Shown piece by piece: positions 44,740-56,955 of a stretch of DNA of 64,000 nt. The stretch's first letter is position 1. Every line of letters begins with the position of its first letter. Under the pieces are notes generated by a model. It made no database searches. It was given only the letters and a program-made list of their open reading frames with translations, and was not told the origin of the DNA. A program made the translations under genes and the position numbers. This DNA comes from Tricharina praecox (Eukaryota): assembly GCF_024521635.1 (NCBI RefSeq), contig NW_026250403.1, positions 1,364,001 to 1,428,000 of the forward strand, read 5' to 3'.

Positions 44740-47700
44740 TCGTGGGGCTCGCGTGGTGGTGGTGCTATGGGTGATGTGCGGTTGGTTGCAGGTTTATAAG
44801 TTACGATGGCATGAGGTGCGAGCGAGAGGAAGCGAGTTGGACTGATGGGCTGTTGGCTGTTGGACTGTTGGATTGGGCGGGACGGACTGGATACGTAGGG
44901 TGTCGTGATGCAACTAGGAGAGCTTTGGCGTTTGGACGGGTGTGGGTGTGGGTGTGGGGCCCTGAAAGGCAAGCAGATGGATTGGCGGAGCGCTTGTGGC
45001 GATGAGCTGAGGTTGGGGCTTGGGGGGATGATCTTGGAGGTGTGCGATGTGGATACTCTACACTCAACGTGGGTTTCTTTGTTTGCTAGCAGAAGCGGTG
45101 GTCGTAGGGGAAGCAGATGAAGCGAACACTTATCTACAGCTCTGAGGGATTCGGCTCGAAGAATAGAAGGAGAAGGAGAAGGATGAGGAAGAGAGGGAGA
45201 AGAAGCAAACAATCCAGATCTCTGGGCGCCCCAAGCAGAAACAGAGGGATTGACCTTTACATACATTTTTAATTTAGGGTGTCGTCGGCGCAATTGCTGC
45301 AAGAGCGAACGGACACCTTCCAGTTGCAGATTGCGGAGACTGTACGGAGCTGTCTGTGTCTGTGATAGGTAGTTCGTCGACACGCAGGTACCGTACCATA
45401 CACATCCTTCTTGCTTGCCTAGTGAACTTACTCCTGGGAAGAAAGCCGTGCTGCGGTGGCCAACCACTTGCATTGCCGTCGGAGAGAAACAGGGGCTGGG
45501 ATTATTGGCTGGAGAAGGTAGGGAAGTGGACACTGGAAGCCGAGGATTCTATTTTAAAGGCTATCTAGATACAGAGTTACTGGTTACTGGACGGTGGAGA
45601 AAGAGTTGATGCTTCTAGAAGCAACGCAGGTCGGTCCATCATGATGACGGGCCGCAGCCGGCCAGCCTTACGCCGTGCATGTCTGGTCAATCGAGATACC
45701 CGCTGTGGCTGCGGCCAGTCGTTGCCGCCTATCCAGGCAACGGCCACGAATATCCATCATGAAATGGCCGAGAAAGCCCATTGAACAGCGGCAATCGAGA
45801 CGACACGTCGCGGACTCGCGGAGTCGTGGCGCCCACGGCGTGCGAGGCTAGGCGCGGGGCCGCGACAGCCTTCCCAAATCTCCTCGCATGTATCTACCTA
45901 GGCTACCCACGAACCTCTCCCACCTACATGAGCCTTTTAACTCCCACCGAGATCCGTTTTCCGGTGAAGCATCTCCTTGAACGACCTAAATCTCCGTACT
46001 CGCACCAGCAAAGACCCCGCACAATCGATCCGGAGGATGCGGTGTTCATCTTCAGTCCCGACGATAGCCGTTGACGCCATTACCTTCTTTTTACATAGTA
46101 TATCTCATCGTCAAAGCCTTGGTTCATGCGCCCAATTGTATGTACCTTGGCTGTGAAGGCCTCAACGCTTTGTCACAAATGAACATTGACGTTGACATCG
46201 ATAGGCAGTGCAATATGCGCATTCCAGCACCGGCATAGGGTATCGATTGGGGATGTACCCGGATTCACACCCCTCCTGCCACATCACGGAGCCCGTCTTC
46301 GCCAATATGGTTTCTATTTTGCGGTAGATCTCCGCCCTCACAACGCTAATAAATGCTAATAAATGCTGATAGACCCCGTAGCTCCGCCTCCGACCTTATA
46401 GATCGCCCCGGCGTCACGCGGGGCCGCTTTGGTGGACGTTTAAACCCCACAGTTCATTTTGGGGTGGTCTTTCACCTGGTCTTGTTTTCTACAAACCCGT
46501 TGGATGTCATCTGCGACAGTGGAAACCTGCTGAATAGGCATTACTACCGTTAGTTGCAGTAGTTACCTTTCGAAGCAGGAACAAGGTAACCTCTCGCAAG
46601 CAATTGTGGAACTTCACCACTGGACAGTGGATACCTCTAATATCTATGCTGTTCTATAAACAGCCAGCTGAGGAACACAAATCTGACGGTGAAGCGAAAG
46701 CGCAAGTTTCCCGCCTAGGTACCATCATCATATGTACCGCATACCTATTGTACTTCCGTCTTGGGGAACAACTGACAATCAATTATAGATCCTTACGCGG
46801 CAAAGTCTGCGCAGGACCGTAGGTTGCACTTAAATTCCGTGATTAGTGGGCTTCGAATTCCCGTCACGCTGGATGTCGAGTTCGCTCTACCTACTTCAAG
46901 TACCGGTACTCTCCGGCAAGGCGGGGCTTCCAAGTATGTATGCGGGTAGCCCGACGACCGCAGCTCCGCCCACGATCCATAGTAGACATCGAAACTGGGG
47001 ACATCAACTCCCGCCCTCGCCTCGTGGGTCGCCTACAGCCGCAGCGTGTCCACTGTCGGTCCATTCTATTCTTATCGCTCCTCTCCCAATGCCGATTAGG
47101 AATTTAGGATCAAGAGCGCTTGTTCAACCCACAATTGTCAATATATGTCCTACGTCTGTTCATGGATAGGCCTAGTAGATGTGGATACTGGAGCTTCACC
47201 CACCCCACGATCACGACCTTAGTTACGTGCTGTGCTGTTTGTACCCGGCATACATGCCTCGGAAGGACGCGGAGAATGGTTACGTTTCGTTTCCTTCGTT
47301 AGTAGGTAGCAGCAATCTGTGAATGCGTTTCATGCTACTGAACTGTTTTAGGCCGCTTCGATGGGCTATGTTGTTTTCCGGAAGCTCGGTAATAGTACGT
47401 AATGGTGGAGCTGCTTGATGCGGGGGATAACAAGCATATATAAGAAGTATCTATCGATTCCGCGAAGGGGTCTAGGTACGGCAGCGACAGCCGCGTCGGC
47501 GGCAGCTGCACGTATGTAGGAGTCAAGCCGCGGCGGATCGTGGACCCTTGCTTCCCAGGAACCCCGCGGAAGGGGCGAAGTGTCAATTCCGAACACGGAG
47601 GGAGGATGATAGGTGTGCGGGGTACATGACTTGAGGCAGGAGGTGCTTCACGATATCGATTGTGCTGATAGCTCCAAACATGTCACGTCTAGATAACGGA

Positions 47701-48360
47701 CAATGAGGTGAATTGCGGTCTGGATGTATTGGTAACCACGGCGGCAACCCTGAGCCCGCCATTCGGCGTGCGTGGTGTTTCGCTGCCTGGTGGAAAGTGC
47801 AGTTCACACCCATAAGTAGCAATGGGCTGGATACGATCTGTTTGTCGTTTGTTAGGAGGCCGAGGCTGTATAGGAATCGGCAAAGAATAAGCCGAACCGT
47901 CGACAGAAAGACGGTCTCCAGCTTCCCACCGGTCCATCTCGTCCCTATTTGAGGAATATGTTGGCTTGAAGTTGAAGGTTATGTGGTGAACCTGGAAGAT
48001 ATGTAGGTAGACTGTGAAGCCAACAGCCTTCCTTGTCTCATGCAGGTACAATGGAACAAAAAAAACCGATTCCTCTACTGCCCCGACAGGAGAATCGATT
48101 AGCATGAGGCTATGTCATTCAATGTTGAATTGATACTGTTGGCAAGTGGACGGCTGCTTTTCTAACAAAGCGTTTCGAGGTTGAATGTAGACAGATCGGC
48201 CAACTAGGCTTGGCTGGCCACCACTCGGCTCGCTTGCAAGTGCTTGTCGTCACCATCATCACCTTGGATACTTCCATTCAACAACGGGAAAGCCGAGAGA
48301 CAAATCACCACATCTCCCCCTACCTTCCCTTCGAACTCTCTCTCCCGTCACAAGCCGGTT

Positions 48361-51226
48361 ATGGATCTCGGTGACCACCGGAGCGAAAACGGCTTCGATG
48401 AAGGCGGCTACGATCTTGGAGATTCGCGACCACAGCAGCCGCAGCTCCCCCCAGATCTTCCCACGTCGTTGAACGATCGCCGCCACACTCCACACGTGTT
48501 TGCAGAAACAGAGCTCTACGATGGCTGGCAAGGTGTGTAAGACCTCCGGCAAAGCTTCTCCCCTCCTACATGCACACAGACAGATCCACAGAACCCAACA
48601 CCCCCTCCCCCCACCTACTACTACTTTACTCTCGCTCCCCTTGTCCTCAGCCTTTCGTCTTTTGGTCCCCTTCCCCGCTCACGCCGTGCCCCACGCGCTC
48701 CCTCCAGCCCGACCCTTGTTAACCCCGCTGCCTAGGCCGCGCTACAATAAACGTGCTGACTGACGTTTGCCTTGCTTGAACTTCCAGGCGAATCCCAATT
48801 CATTACTGCGCCGGTTCCTGCACGGCTCGACTTCGGCATCGGTCTCAGCTATCGAGACGAAGAGGAGGATGTCAAGGGCATCGTGGAGAGCGAGGCACGG
48901 TTGGAGTCGATGCTGGCGCAGCAGGCGGCATTCAGGGTCGATGGTGCAGGATTGGACGACGACGAGATCGCAACCAATAGCAAGCTTACGGAGCATGAGA
49001 AGAAGGAGTTGCTGCAGAGGGCGTTGAACATGGCGGCTAGTAATGGTGAGGAGGATCGCGTGCGGAAGCTGCTGAAAGGCGAGGCGATCAAGTTCATAGA
49101 CGTCAACGCACCGGACGAGGAGGGGACTAGCCCACTGATATACGCGAGCTGTTTCGTAAGGAATCTGTTTCCGCTGAACGAGGAGCTTGGAGCTTTGATT
49201 TGCAGCAGGAGCTGACGCGCCATTGATCCGTCTAGGGCCATGAGGAAGTTGTGCGTGCGCTGCTCGATGCGGGTGCCAACGTCGACCAGCAAGACAAGAA
49301 TCAGTGGAGCTCTCTGATGTGGGCAATGACAAACCGGCACAAAGCCATTGCAAAGGTATTACTAGACAACGGGGCTTCGCCGGAAATCAAGAGTTCTTCG
49401 GGGAGGACAGCATTCGACTTCGTAGAACCGGAGAGCGAGATATCGGGCTACCTGCATGCCAACGGTTACATAGGGAGTGCCGGGGTTGGCGGCTTTGGCG
49501 ACGACTTTTACGATTCAGGGTTGGCGCAAGACCGGTTCGAGGAGGAGATGGCAGAGAACGAGCTGAGACGGCGGATGATGATGGAAAGCGCAATAAACCT
49601 GGAGGTTGACCTTTCGAGTCTGGGTCTGGACGAGCAAGCGGAGGTGGGTTCCATCGGAGGAAGTACTCGGCAGGGGGTAAGTGCCATGTTGACGATTCAT
49701 AGATTCCCGAGGAAGAGGAGGAAGAGGAAGGACAAGAGTTTCTGTGGGATCGCTGTTTGCCGGACCAGATGTTCGTCTTCCAGGAACAAGACCTGGACAG
49801 GATGTTGGACGTAGTCATCACAAACATGACGCCGCAGCGATCGCCTACGCAGAAGCCCGTGCCCGCCAATATCCTCTACCTGAGCGCACGATACGCACAC
49901 TACCACAGCTCCCAAGAGCTGTTGTCCCGGCTCTTGATCTCGGCAATGACCAAAATAAACCAAACCGTCGAAAGACATCAATGGGACATGACGATACTTG
50001 CCTTCTGGCTGTCGAACGCGACACTGTTGCTCTACTACCTGAAGAAAGACGCTGGCCTTGTCGGCGCGACAATACAATTCCAGCAGCAGCTCTCGGAGCT
50101 CATCAACGAGATATTCATCCTGATCATCCGAGATGCCGAGCGACGCATGGACAAAGTACTTGACCAGGCCATGCTCGAGCACGAAACAATACCTGGATTC
50201 GAAGACGTGCAATTCCAAAACGAATGGCGCCTCTTCAAGAAGAAAAAGGTGCCAGAGTTGGGTCCGGAGAAGCGATTCCGACCACCGTCGCCCAAGCAGC
50301 GTGCGAAGCCCGCCCCACGCAACATCACATCCCTCCTCTCATCCACTCTGTTCGTCCTCGACCTGTATGATATACACTCGGTCATCACAGCTCAGGTGCT
50401 GAGCCAGTTGTTTTACTGGCTCGGATGTGAACTGTTTAACCGCATCATGTCGAATCGGAAATACCTGGCGCGAACGAAAGCGATGCAGATCCGACTCAAC
50501 GTCTCCGTACTGGAGGACTGGGCGAGGACCAACAACCGACAGCCTGATCACTACGATGCGGGCTCCCTTACGGCGACCGGCGAGACAATCATGGACGCCG
50601 CTAGACGGCATCTCGAGCCTATCATTCAGCTTCTTCAATGGCTACAGTGCTTCTCTTCTCTTGGCGAGGACCTCCCAGCGCTCAAGTCGACGATCGAGCA
50701 GCTCCCGCGACTGACATGTCAACAACTTCTGCACACGACCAAAAACTACCGTCCAGAAGTTGGCGAAAAGGGACTGAACCGGGACGCGATGAAGTTCTTG
50801 GTCGGCCTGACAATGGACTTCTTCGAAAAGAAGAACCGCCGAAAATCCACCGCATCACTGAACACGTTGATGTCTCCGACCACGCCGACGAGTCGCAACC
50901 CTCCAATCCCGGAAAAACACCCGCCGCCTTCGCCGCAACAACCTCTGGGCAGTCCCACGACCATCGCCTCGCTGAACGCAGACGAGGACGATGCTCCGGA
51001 AAATCTCCTGATGGATCCTGCCCTCATGCTGCCATTCCACCTGCCCACTAGCACCGACATGCTGGTCAGCTTTGGTGCCGGCATTGGTGGCGTCAACAGG
51101 GAGCGCGCGCAGAAGTACTGGCCCAGCGTGCCGCCAGAATTCTTGAGCAAGTTGGATTTCTCCAGTCGAGAGGGCGAGAGAAGAGCCAGTTCGTATGCTG
51201 GGTCTGGATGGAGGGAGGGTGATTAG
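48361..51226 (+). CDS. Ankyrin-repeat + DIL (dilute) domain protein (YPR089W-like)
   Basis: Ankyrin repeats (EGTSPLIYASCFGHEEVVRALLDAGANVD; WSSLMWAMTNRHKAIAKVLLDNGA) and a DIL domain (LFNRIMSNRKYLARTKAMQIRLNVSVLEDW). Introns 48533-48787, 49156-49235 and 49644-49702. Confidence 0.92.
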
Positions 51227-51762
51227 ATAAAAGGAAGTGTGGAAGGAGGAGGGGGAAGATGAATGGAATAGGACGAAGGGGGGGCCTTGCTTCAATGGAC
51301 ACCGCCTGTCTGTGCTTGGAGAGGATGTAGCTTTTTTATTTTTCTCGTTCTTCTCGTTTTATTTTTCTTTCTCTGGGTTTTGCGGGCATTGGGGGGTTGC
51401 TTTGCTACATGAACTTTTTACTAACTTCAATCTTCTTTCTCTCTATCCTCCTGTGTTTTGTAGACGAGGGAAGATAGATATAGGATGGTCAATTTGAGCG
51501 GGTGAAGGGGGCCGGTGGCGTCTCGTGAATGGCTGTGCGAATTTGAGAAGACCGTCATTAATATTTCTATGTCCGACCCCTCAATCACAATCACAACCAC
51601 AATCCACAAGCTAGTCAAACAAGCAAACAAATGAGATCAAACTACAAAGACAATCCTCAAGAGTGTATCCTTCGACTTGCAATGAAACAACCATGAATGG
51701 AATATCCGCAAGAAAAAGACCAACGAAACTGCTGCCTTAAGACCGTCTCATCACATCCTTGT

Positions 51763-52606
51763 CTAGGAAGAGCTGGTCCAAAGACGAACCTTCTGCTTCT
51801 TAATCCTGGGGGTAACGCCTATTACCATCAGTCAGTCGGTTCCGCAGAGGGAAGAGGCAAATAAACTTACCAGCAACGACAAGCACCGCGCCCAGCACCG
51901 TAGCCCAGGTCTTGATTCCGAGAATCGTGCCACCGTAGTACGTACGAGTCGCCAACACAACGTTAACCAGCAGCAGCGAGAGGATGGTGTATCCCGTGAT
52001 GCGATGGTATTTATACTAGGTATCCCACTCGTCAGACCACCACCAACCGCACTCGTTTCGGAGGAGGGAACTCACCAAGCTCTTCGCATTATCCACGCCG
52101 CCATAGACGGCAGGGAAGAAGTACATAGTCGCGCCGACGGCCGCCTGTAGCACAAGGAGGGCATAGATGGCGACGCCGAGGATCGCATGCCAACTCTCGA
52201 AGTGTCCGAGTCCCGCGCGTTTCTTGTGGACCTCGACAGCGCTCAGGGCGCCTACGAAAGCCATGAGGGCGGTGGCCCAGAACGCGGCGTGTACCCTAGC
52301 GCCGATCCGCTTTTGAGCGGCGGTGTGCGTGGGCTGCGGGATGAGCACCGCCTGGATCCCGACCAGCACGGCGAAGGCGTTCAGCAGCGGGTGCAGCGAG
52401 AACGGGATCAGCAGCTTGTGCGTGAACACGCCGCCGAAAACGAGCGCGGTCAGGATAAGCCCGCCGGCTTGCGCCAGCGGCGCGGTCCCCGTGATCAGGT
52501 TCTTGAGGATCGGGTCTGTGCGGCCCTGCGAGACGTCCCCGGGACGTCCGAGAAGCGGCTCGTGTTCTGTTCCGCTCTGCGGCGCGGCGTGCGGGTCGGA
52601 GGGCAT
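51763..52606 (-). CDS. Cytochrome b561-like membrane protein
   Basis: Four heme-ligand-like His in the expected spacing (FSLHPLL, ARVHAAF, ESWHAILG, YKYHRITGY) among TM helices. Introns 52016-52075 and 51819-51870; the exact 3' end is slightly uncertain. Confidence 0.88.
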
Positions 52607-53014
52607 GCTGGGCGTGTGTTTGTGATGTGGGGGGTTTGAGGGGGTTGTTTACGGGTTGAAGGGTGGGCGGTGCTCGGTATTTAAACTGTCCGGGAGGAAG
52701 AGACGGGTGCAGAGCTGAGCTCAGTGGGTTGCGTGAGAGCTCCAGGTGATGACCTCATCACTGCCCTTTCCCACCGATAGCGGCATGGATGTGGAGGCAG
52801 GACGATCTCAGGGACCCCTGTACTTCATCGGCCAATCAGACTGGTTGCTTTGTTTGGAAGCATGTGGTACAAAGCACGGAAATAAGGCTTCAGAGTGAGA
52901 CACTGTGATTGTGTCTATGTATGAGACGGAGGAGACTCATTGCATAGCGTGTCTCGCAACAGGCACGTAAAGCCACTCAATTGTTATACAGCAGCTGGGC
53001 ATACCCAGTGCAGC

Positions 53015-53075
53015 CAGACAGAAAGGCAGACAGACAACAGACAAAAGACAGAAAGACAGACAGACAGAAAGACAG
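53015..53075. repeat. Degenerate (GACA/GAAA)n microsatellite
   Basis: cagacagaaaggcagacagacaacagacaaaagacagaaagacagacagacagaaagacag. Confidence 0.75.
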
Positions 53076-53378
53076 CCGAATAAAAGCTACTATCACCTGC
53101 CCTCCCTCCCAAAGGAACAAGACAAAAGACAAACAGCCGTCTGCAAAGAGCTCTTCATCCCGCGAGGACTGCAATAAGGCATCAGACAACCAATCGAATA
53201 GCACCAAACGGCCAGGCGCCCGTATCTTGCCTTTAATAGTCGTGCAAAGCGGAAAGCCGCATAATCGAGTCACAAGGCGTACAGTCTTCCCAACAGTCAT
53301 AGTAGTCATAGTCATCACCATCCAACAGCAAACCACGCTCTCCCAAGGGATATAATCATAAGCCATAATCCATCCACC

Positions 53379-54557
53379 CTAGCGAATAGTCCTCTTCGCC
53401 GCCTCCGCCTGTCTCCTCCGCTTTCTCTCCTCCAGCTCGGCAATGGTGTCGGCCGGCAATTGGAACCCACTGAACGAATCGTCTGATGAGTCGTCAATAT
53501 CGTTCCCTGCCGGCGCCGTCGCACTGCTCCACCTCCGGTAGCTCGAGTCCATAGCATCGTCCTGACTCAGAGACACCGCACTGCGTCCAAGATACCGATT
53601 CATCCCGACATATCGATGATCGATGTGCCCGAGCGTAGCCGCCACCACATCGCGGTCGTTTAGGATAGCCATCCGAGACGAAGAGGGTGAATTCATAGTA
53701 TCTAACAGCCTGGGGTGAAAGCGGGAAGAATTCGGAAGTGGGATAGTACTGTCATGAAGGGCTGGTCCGGGGTTGAACGCAGTATACTCTGGATCTTCGT
53801 TCACTATGTCGATCCCGACTTCGGTCTCCGATGTTCCGTCAACGGGAATGTGACGTGCTACGAGCGGCCGCAGTGGGAGGTTCGGTGGGGGGTTCGGTGG
53901 GTAGTCGCCTTGGCCGGACGGATCTGATGCTTCGCTGTTATTGAAGTCCGGCTCTCCGTCAGCCAGGTACTCGTCGTTGTACACGTCGTCATCTTCCTCA
54001 TCTTCCTCGTCGATTTCGTCGGTATCAGCGTCACGGTAATCATCCGGTAGGTCGTCTCCATACACGGCCCAATTCGAAGCATTGAAATCATCCGCCGAGA
54101 ACGCCCTATCGACACCCGAAGACGAAATCATACTAGGTTCGCTCGACAGGGTAGGATCCTCAGATTCCGGTGAAGTCTCAATTCTTTCCCTCCTCTTCCC
54201 TCTACTTCCCTCTTCATTCGGAGCATGAACGCCGGGAGGTCTCGGGATATCATCGGCAGAGACGTCAAGGGAACTTGGCCCAGCTCCGGTAGAAGCATCG
54301 GTCTCCATATCCCCTTCTCTTCCTTGTTCTTCTTCTTCTCCGCCGATGCGGAGAGACCGAAGCTCGGACAGGATGTCTTGGTCCGTCTCAGAGGCCTTCT
54401 GCTTTTCCTTCCGCCGCTGCCAGCGCACGGTGATCGTATGGTCCCATGGGTGTGCACTCGTGAACGGAGCAGATGTGGATGGGGGGTTGGATTCTGTAAG
54501 GACCTTGTTGACTTCTTCGTGCGTTAGAACGATCGAGGATGGGTGGAGCCTGAGCAT
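53379..54557 (-). CDS. Acidic, largely disordered 392 aa protein with Cdc26/Hcn1-like N-terminal motif and C-terminal Ile-Arg
   Basis: Intronless ATG-TAG ORF with a coding-like D/E bias. Starts MLRLHPSSIVLTHEEV and ends AEAAKRTIR*. The function is inferred only. Confidence 0.7.
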   Translation of the reverse strand: MLRLHPSSIVLTHEEVNKVLTESNPPSTSAPFTSAHPWDHTITVRWQRRKEKQKASETDQDILSELRSLRIGGEEEEQGREGDMETDASTGAGPSSLDVSADDIPRPPGVHAPNEEGSRGKRRERIETSPESEDPTLSSEPSMISSSGVDRAFSADDFNASNWAVYGDDLPDDYRDADTDEIDEEDEEDDDVYNDEYLADGEPDFNNSEASDPSGQGDYPPNPPPNLPLRPLVARHIPVDGTSETEVGIDIVNEDPEYTAFNPGPALHDSTIPLPNSSRFHPRLLDTMNSPSSSRMAILNDRDVVAATLGHIDHRYVGMNRYLGRSAVSLSQDDAMDSSYRRWSSATAPAGNDIDDSSDDSFSGFQLPADTIAELEERKRRRQAEAAKRTIR

Positions 54558-56955
54558 CTGGGGTGGTAGGTTCGGGGGAGGGGTGATTGAGACTGTAGAC
54601 AGTGGGCCACTGATTGAGGACTCTGGAGGGTGGGTGCCAAATCCAAGACTAGAATACGGGCGAGGCCGTTATCAGGAAGGACCAAAGATACTATGTGTAA
54701 CTAAACCAGCTCGAGTGCACGCATACGTCGTATCGATAGGTACGACGAGTGAGACCCCGCGCATCTGGTTACCGACGTAACTATCGGCGCTCTTCCCTGC
54801 ATGACTACATCACTATAAAAGACATCAACCAAACCAGAACCCGTATATTTAGCCTCAGTACCTGACCATATATGCACTATAATGTGTGCCCGTTCTCCCC
54901 GCGTTCGGTCGAAGAGGAAGGCTAAGCATCCGGTCTGCAGGGCGGGCCGCGGCTGGCACATCGCGGGCCCGGGTAGCTAGACTGAGTGCTATGGGCACTC
55001 AGATGCATCGAGCGTATCATGTATTTATACATATAGCGAAATCGATTGAGCAGTTACCCTCTACTGGAAAGGGGAACAGTCTTTGACCTTCTCACTGACT
55101 GGATTGTCAAGGGGACATGAGCACTCTCGTAATTCGTTATCCATTGTCATGTTCAGATGTGATTCGGACTGTCCAGCCAAAGCTCGTATGTACTGGTGTG
55201 CCGGTGTTCCCACGCGCGTTCGTTGCTCGGAAATATCAGAGGAAGCCTCCGTGACATCAGCTATTGACTCTTGAGCTCCATGTTCTTCGAACTCTTCCGT
55301 TGGCCAGTTTGCCAAGGATCTCCAGCTTCATTCCTTCCATTACCTTTCGACAGTCGACCTTTCGTTTCGGACCTGTTGGGTGTTATCCTAGGCATGTTTC
55401 CGGTGCTGTGTGGATTCAGAAGCGAGTGAATGTCGGTGGAGGATGGTTCAAAGCTTTGTATTCCCCCCCCAAAAAACCCCCGAGCTTGGTCTGTAGACAC
55501 TGGTATTTACGCTGTTTCCTTTGTCAATTCTCTTCCATTGTTAGTCGGCAATGGCCCGTCGAAATCGACTTCCTAGATGGATCCCAGTATGAAGTTAATG
55601 AATGCCTATTGATAGAGCAATTAGTCGGTCGTGAAAGAGTCAATTGTTTATGATGTAAAAAGATCCCCCACAATCCAAGTCCTCTACTAGATTGCTATCT
55701 GCACAACTGGGGACACGACCGAGCCAGGGCCCCATAGCCATGGCAAGACCGCCGCAGAAGAAAGGAGGGCCATGTTGAATGCCATCCGCAACTTTCTCCT
55801 TTCGCTCCCAACGGCATTCTTCCGTATCAGGTTATTCGGCACAATTGAGGAAGCTGAGGCCATCGGTATCATAGCATTGCGCACCAGTCTTCAAGTACTC
55901 ACTTGGGCGTCCTGGCATTCTGTGCGCATTCCTAGCGTGTTCGGGCTTTTGGACGGGCCTTTTCTCAACCCGAAAACCATGGCTTTAGTCGATTCTCCAG
56001 CCGCACTTCAAAATTCGCAGACTTGTCACCTCCAGACATCAGATACCGGTACTTCCTGGTATGCGCCTTTTTCGATCATTCCCACTGTACTCTACGTCCT
56101 CTCCGGAGCTCGCCATCCGATCTGCTCGCACCCATAATAATTATAGTAATATTGCCCGAAAAGTGAGTGGCATGTGCCATCCGCTTTGCTTTGCTCTCCC
56201 CGGAAATTGGGTGTGGAATAGTGCAAGTGGATCATGGAATAATGGGATCGAGGGGATGCTTGCTTTCAGCCGCATGGTCTGCCCGTTAACTCTCCCTACC
56301 TCCCAAACCTTCGACGTAGAGGGCACGTACCTTGGTACATACTCCCGAATACACCGACTCTCATACATAGCCCACCACCCTACATACAAGTGCACAGTGC
56401 ACACGGACGCCCTCTCATCCTCGCCCTCATACCCATATCTTCCGCTCAACCAGCCACACAACGCGGCCACTCAACACCTGATTCCTTCACCTTTCGTCCA
56501 GTCAGCACTCTCGATCCCCTCCCCCCTACCTCCTCCTCCACTCGCTCCCCTCTCCCACGATCGTTGTAGGCTCTGGACTTCGGCCTTCGAACGGCAGTCA
56601 AAGTCTCTCAACGCACGACACGCTAGATACCGCCTCCGAAACTCTGCATACCGTTAATTATAGAAACCAGCCACGAGGGGGAAGTGCCTACTTTACTTGC
56701 TTAGGGCCCGGACCGTTCGCCCCCCTCGGTTTTCGCATCCGCAGAGGCCCCATTACCGACTCATTTGCAACGCCTAGATACGAAGCTGGAGCTTACTACA
56801 TTCCTTCGACACCTTCGTTCTCCCAACCCCCAACCTCGCTCGGAATCACAACCTTCTCCTACGGCTCATGCCACTCTGGTTGTCTCGTGCCTCAAAGTCG
56901 TGGCCTGCCTGAACCCCCTCCCGTGGATTGGACTGTATAGGCGAAACACCTAGAC

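Noticed and set aside
44538..45533. 331 aa ORF overlapping the TBC gene start out of frame
   Set aside because: It has P/S-rich leader-like composition and a GTG start. It is probably C-rich 5'UTR or promoter, at most an overlapping uORF.
48533..48787. Stwintron in the long first intron of the DIL gene (GTGT-GTAAGA)
   Set aside because: No internal acceptor was found that regenerates a plausible external donor.
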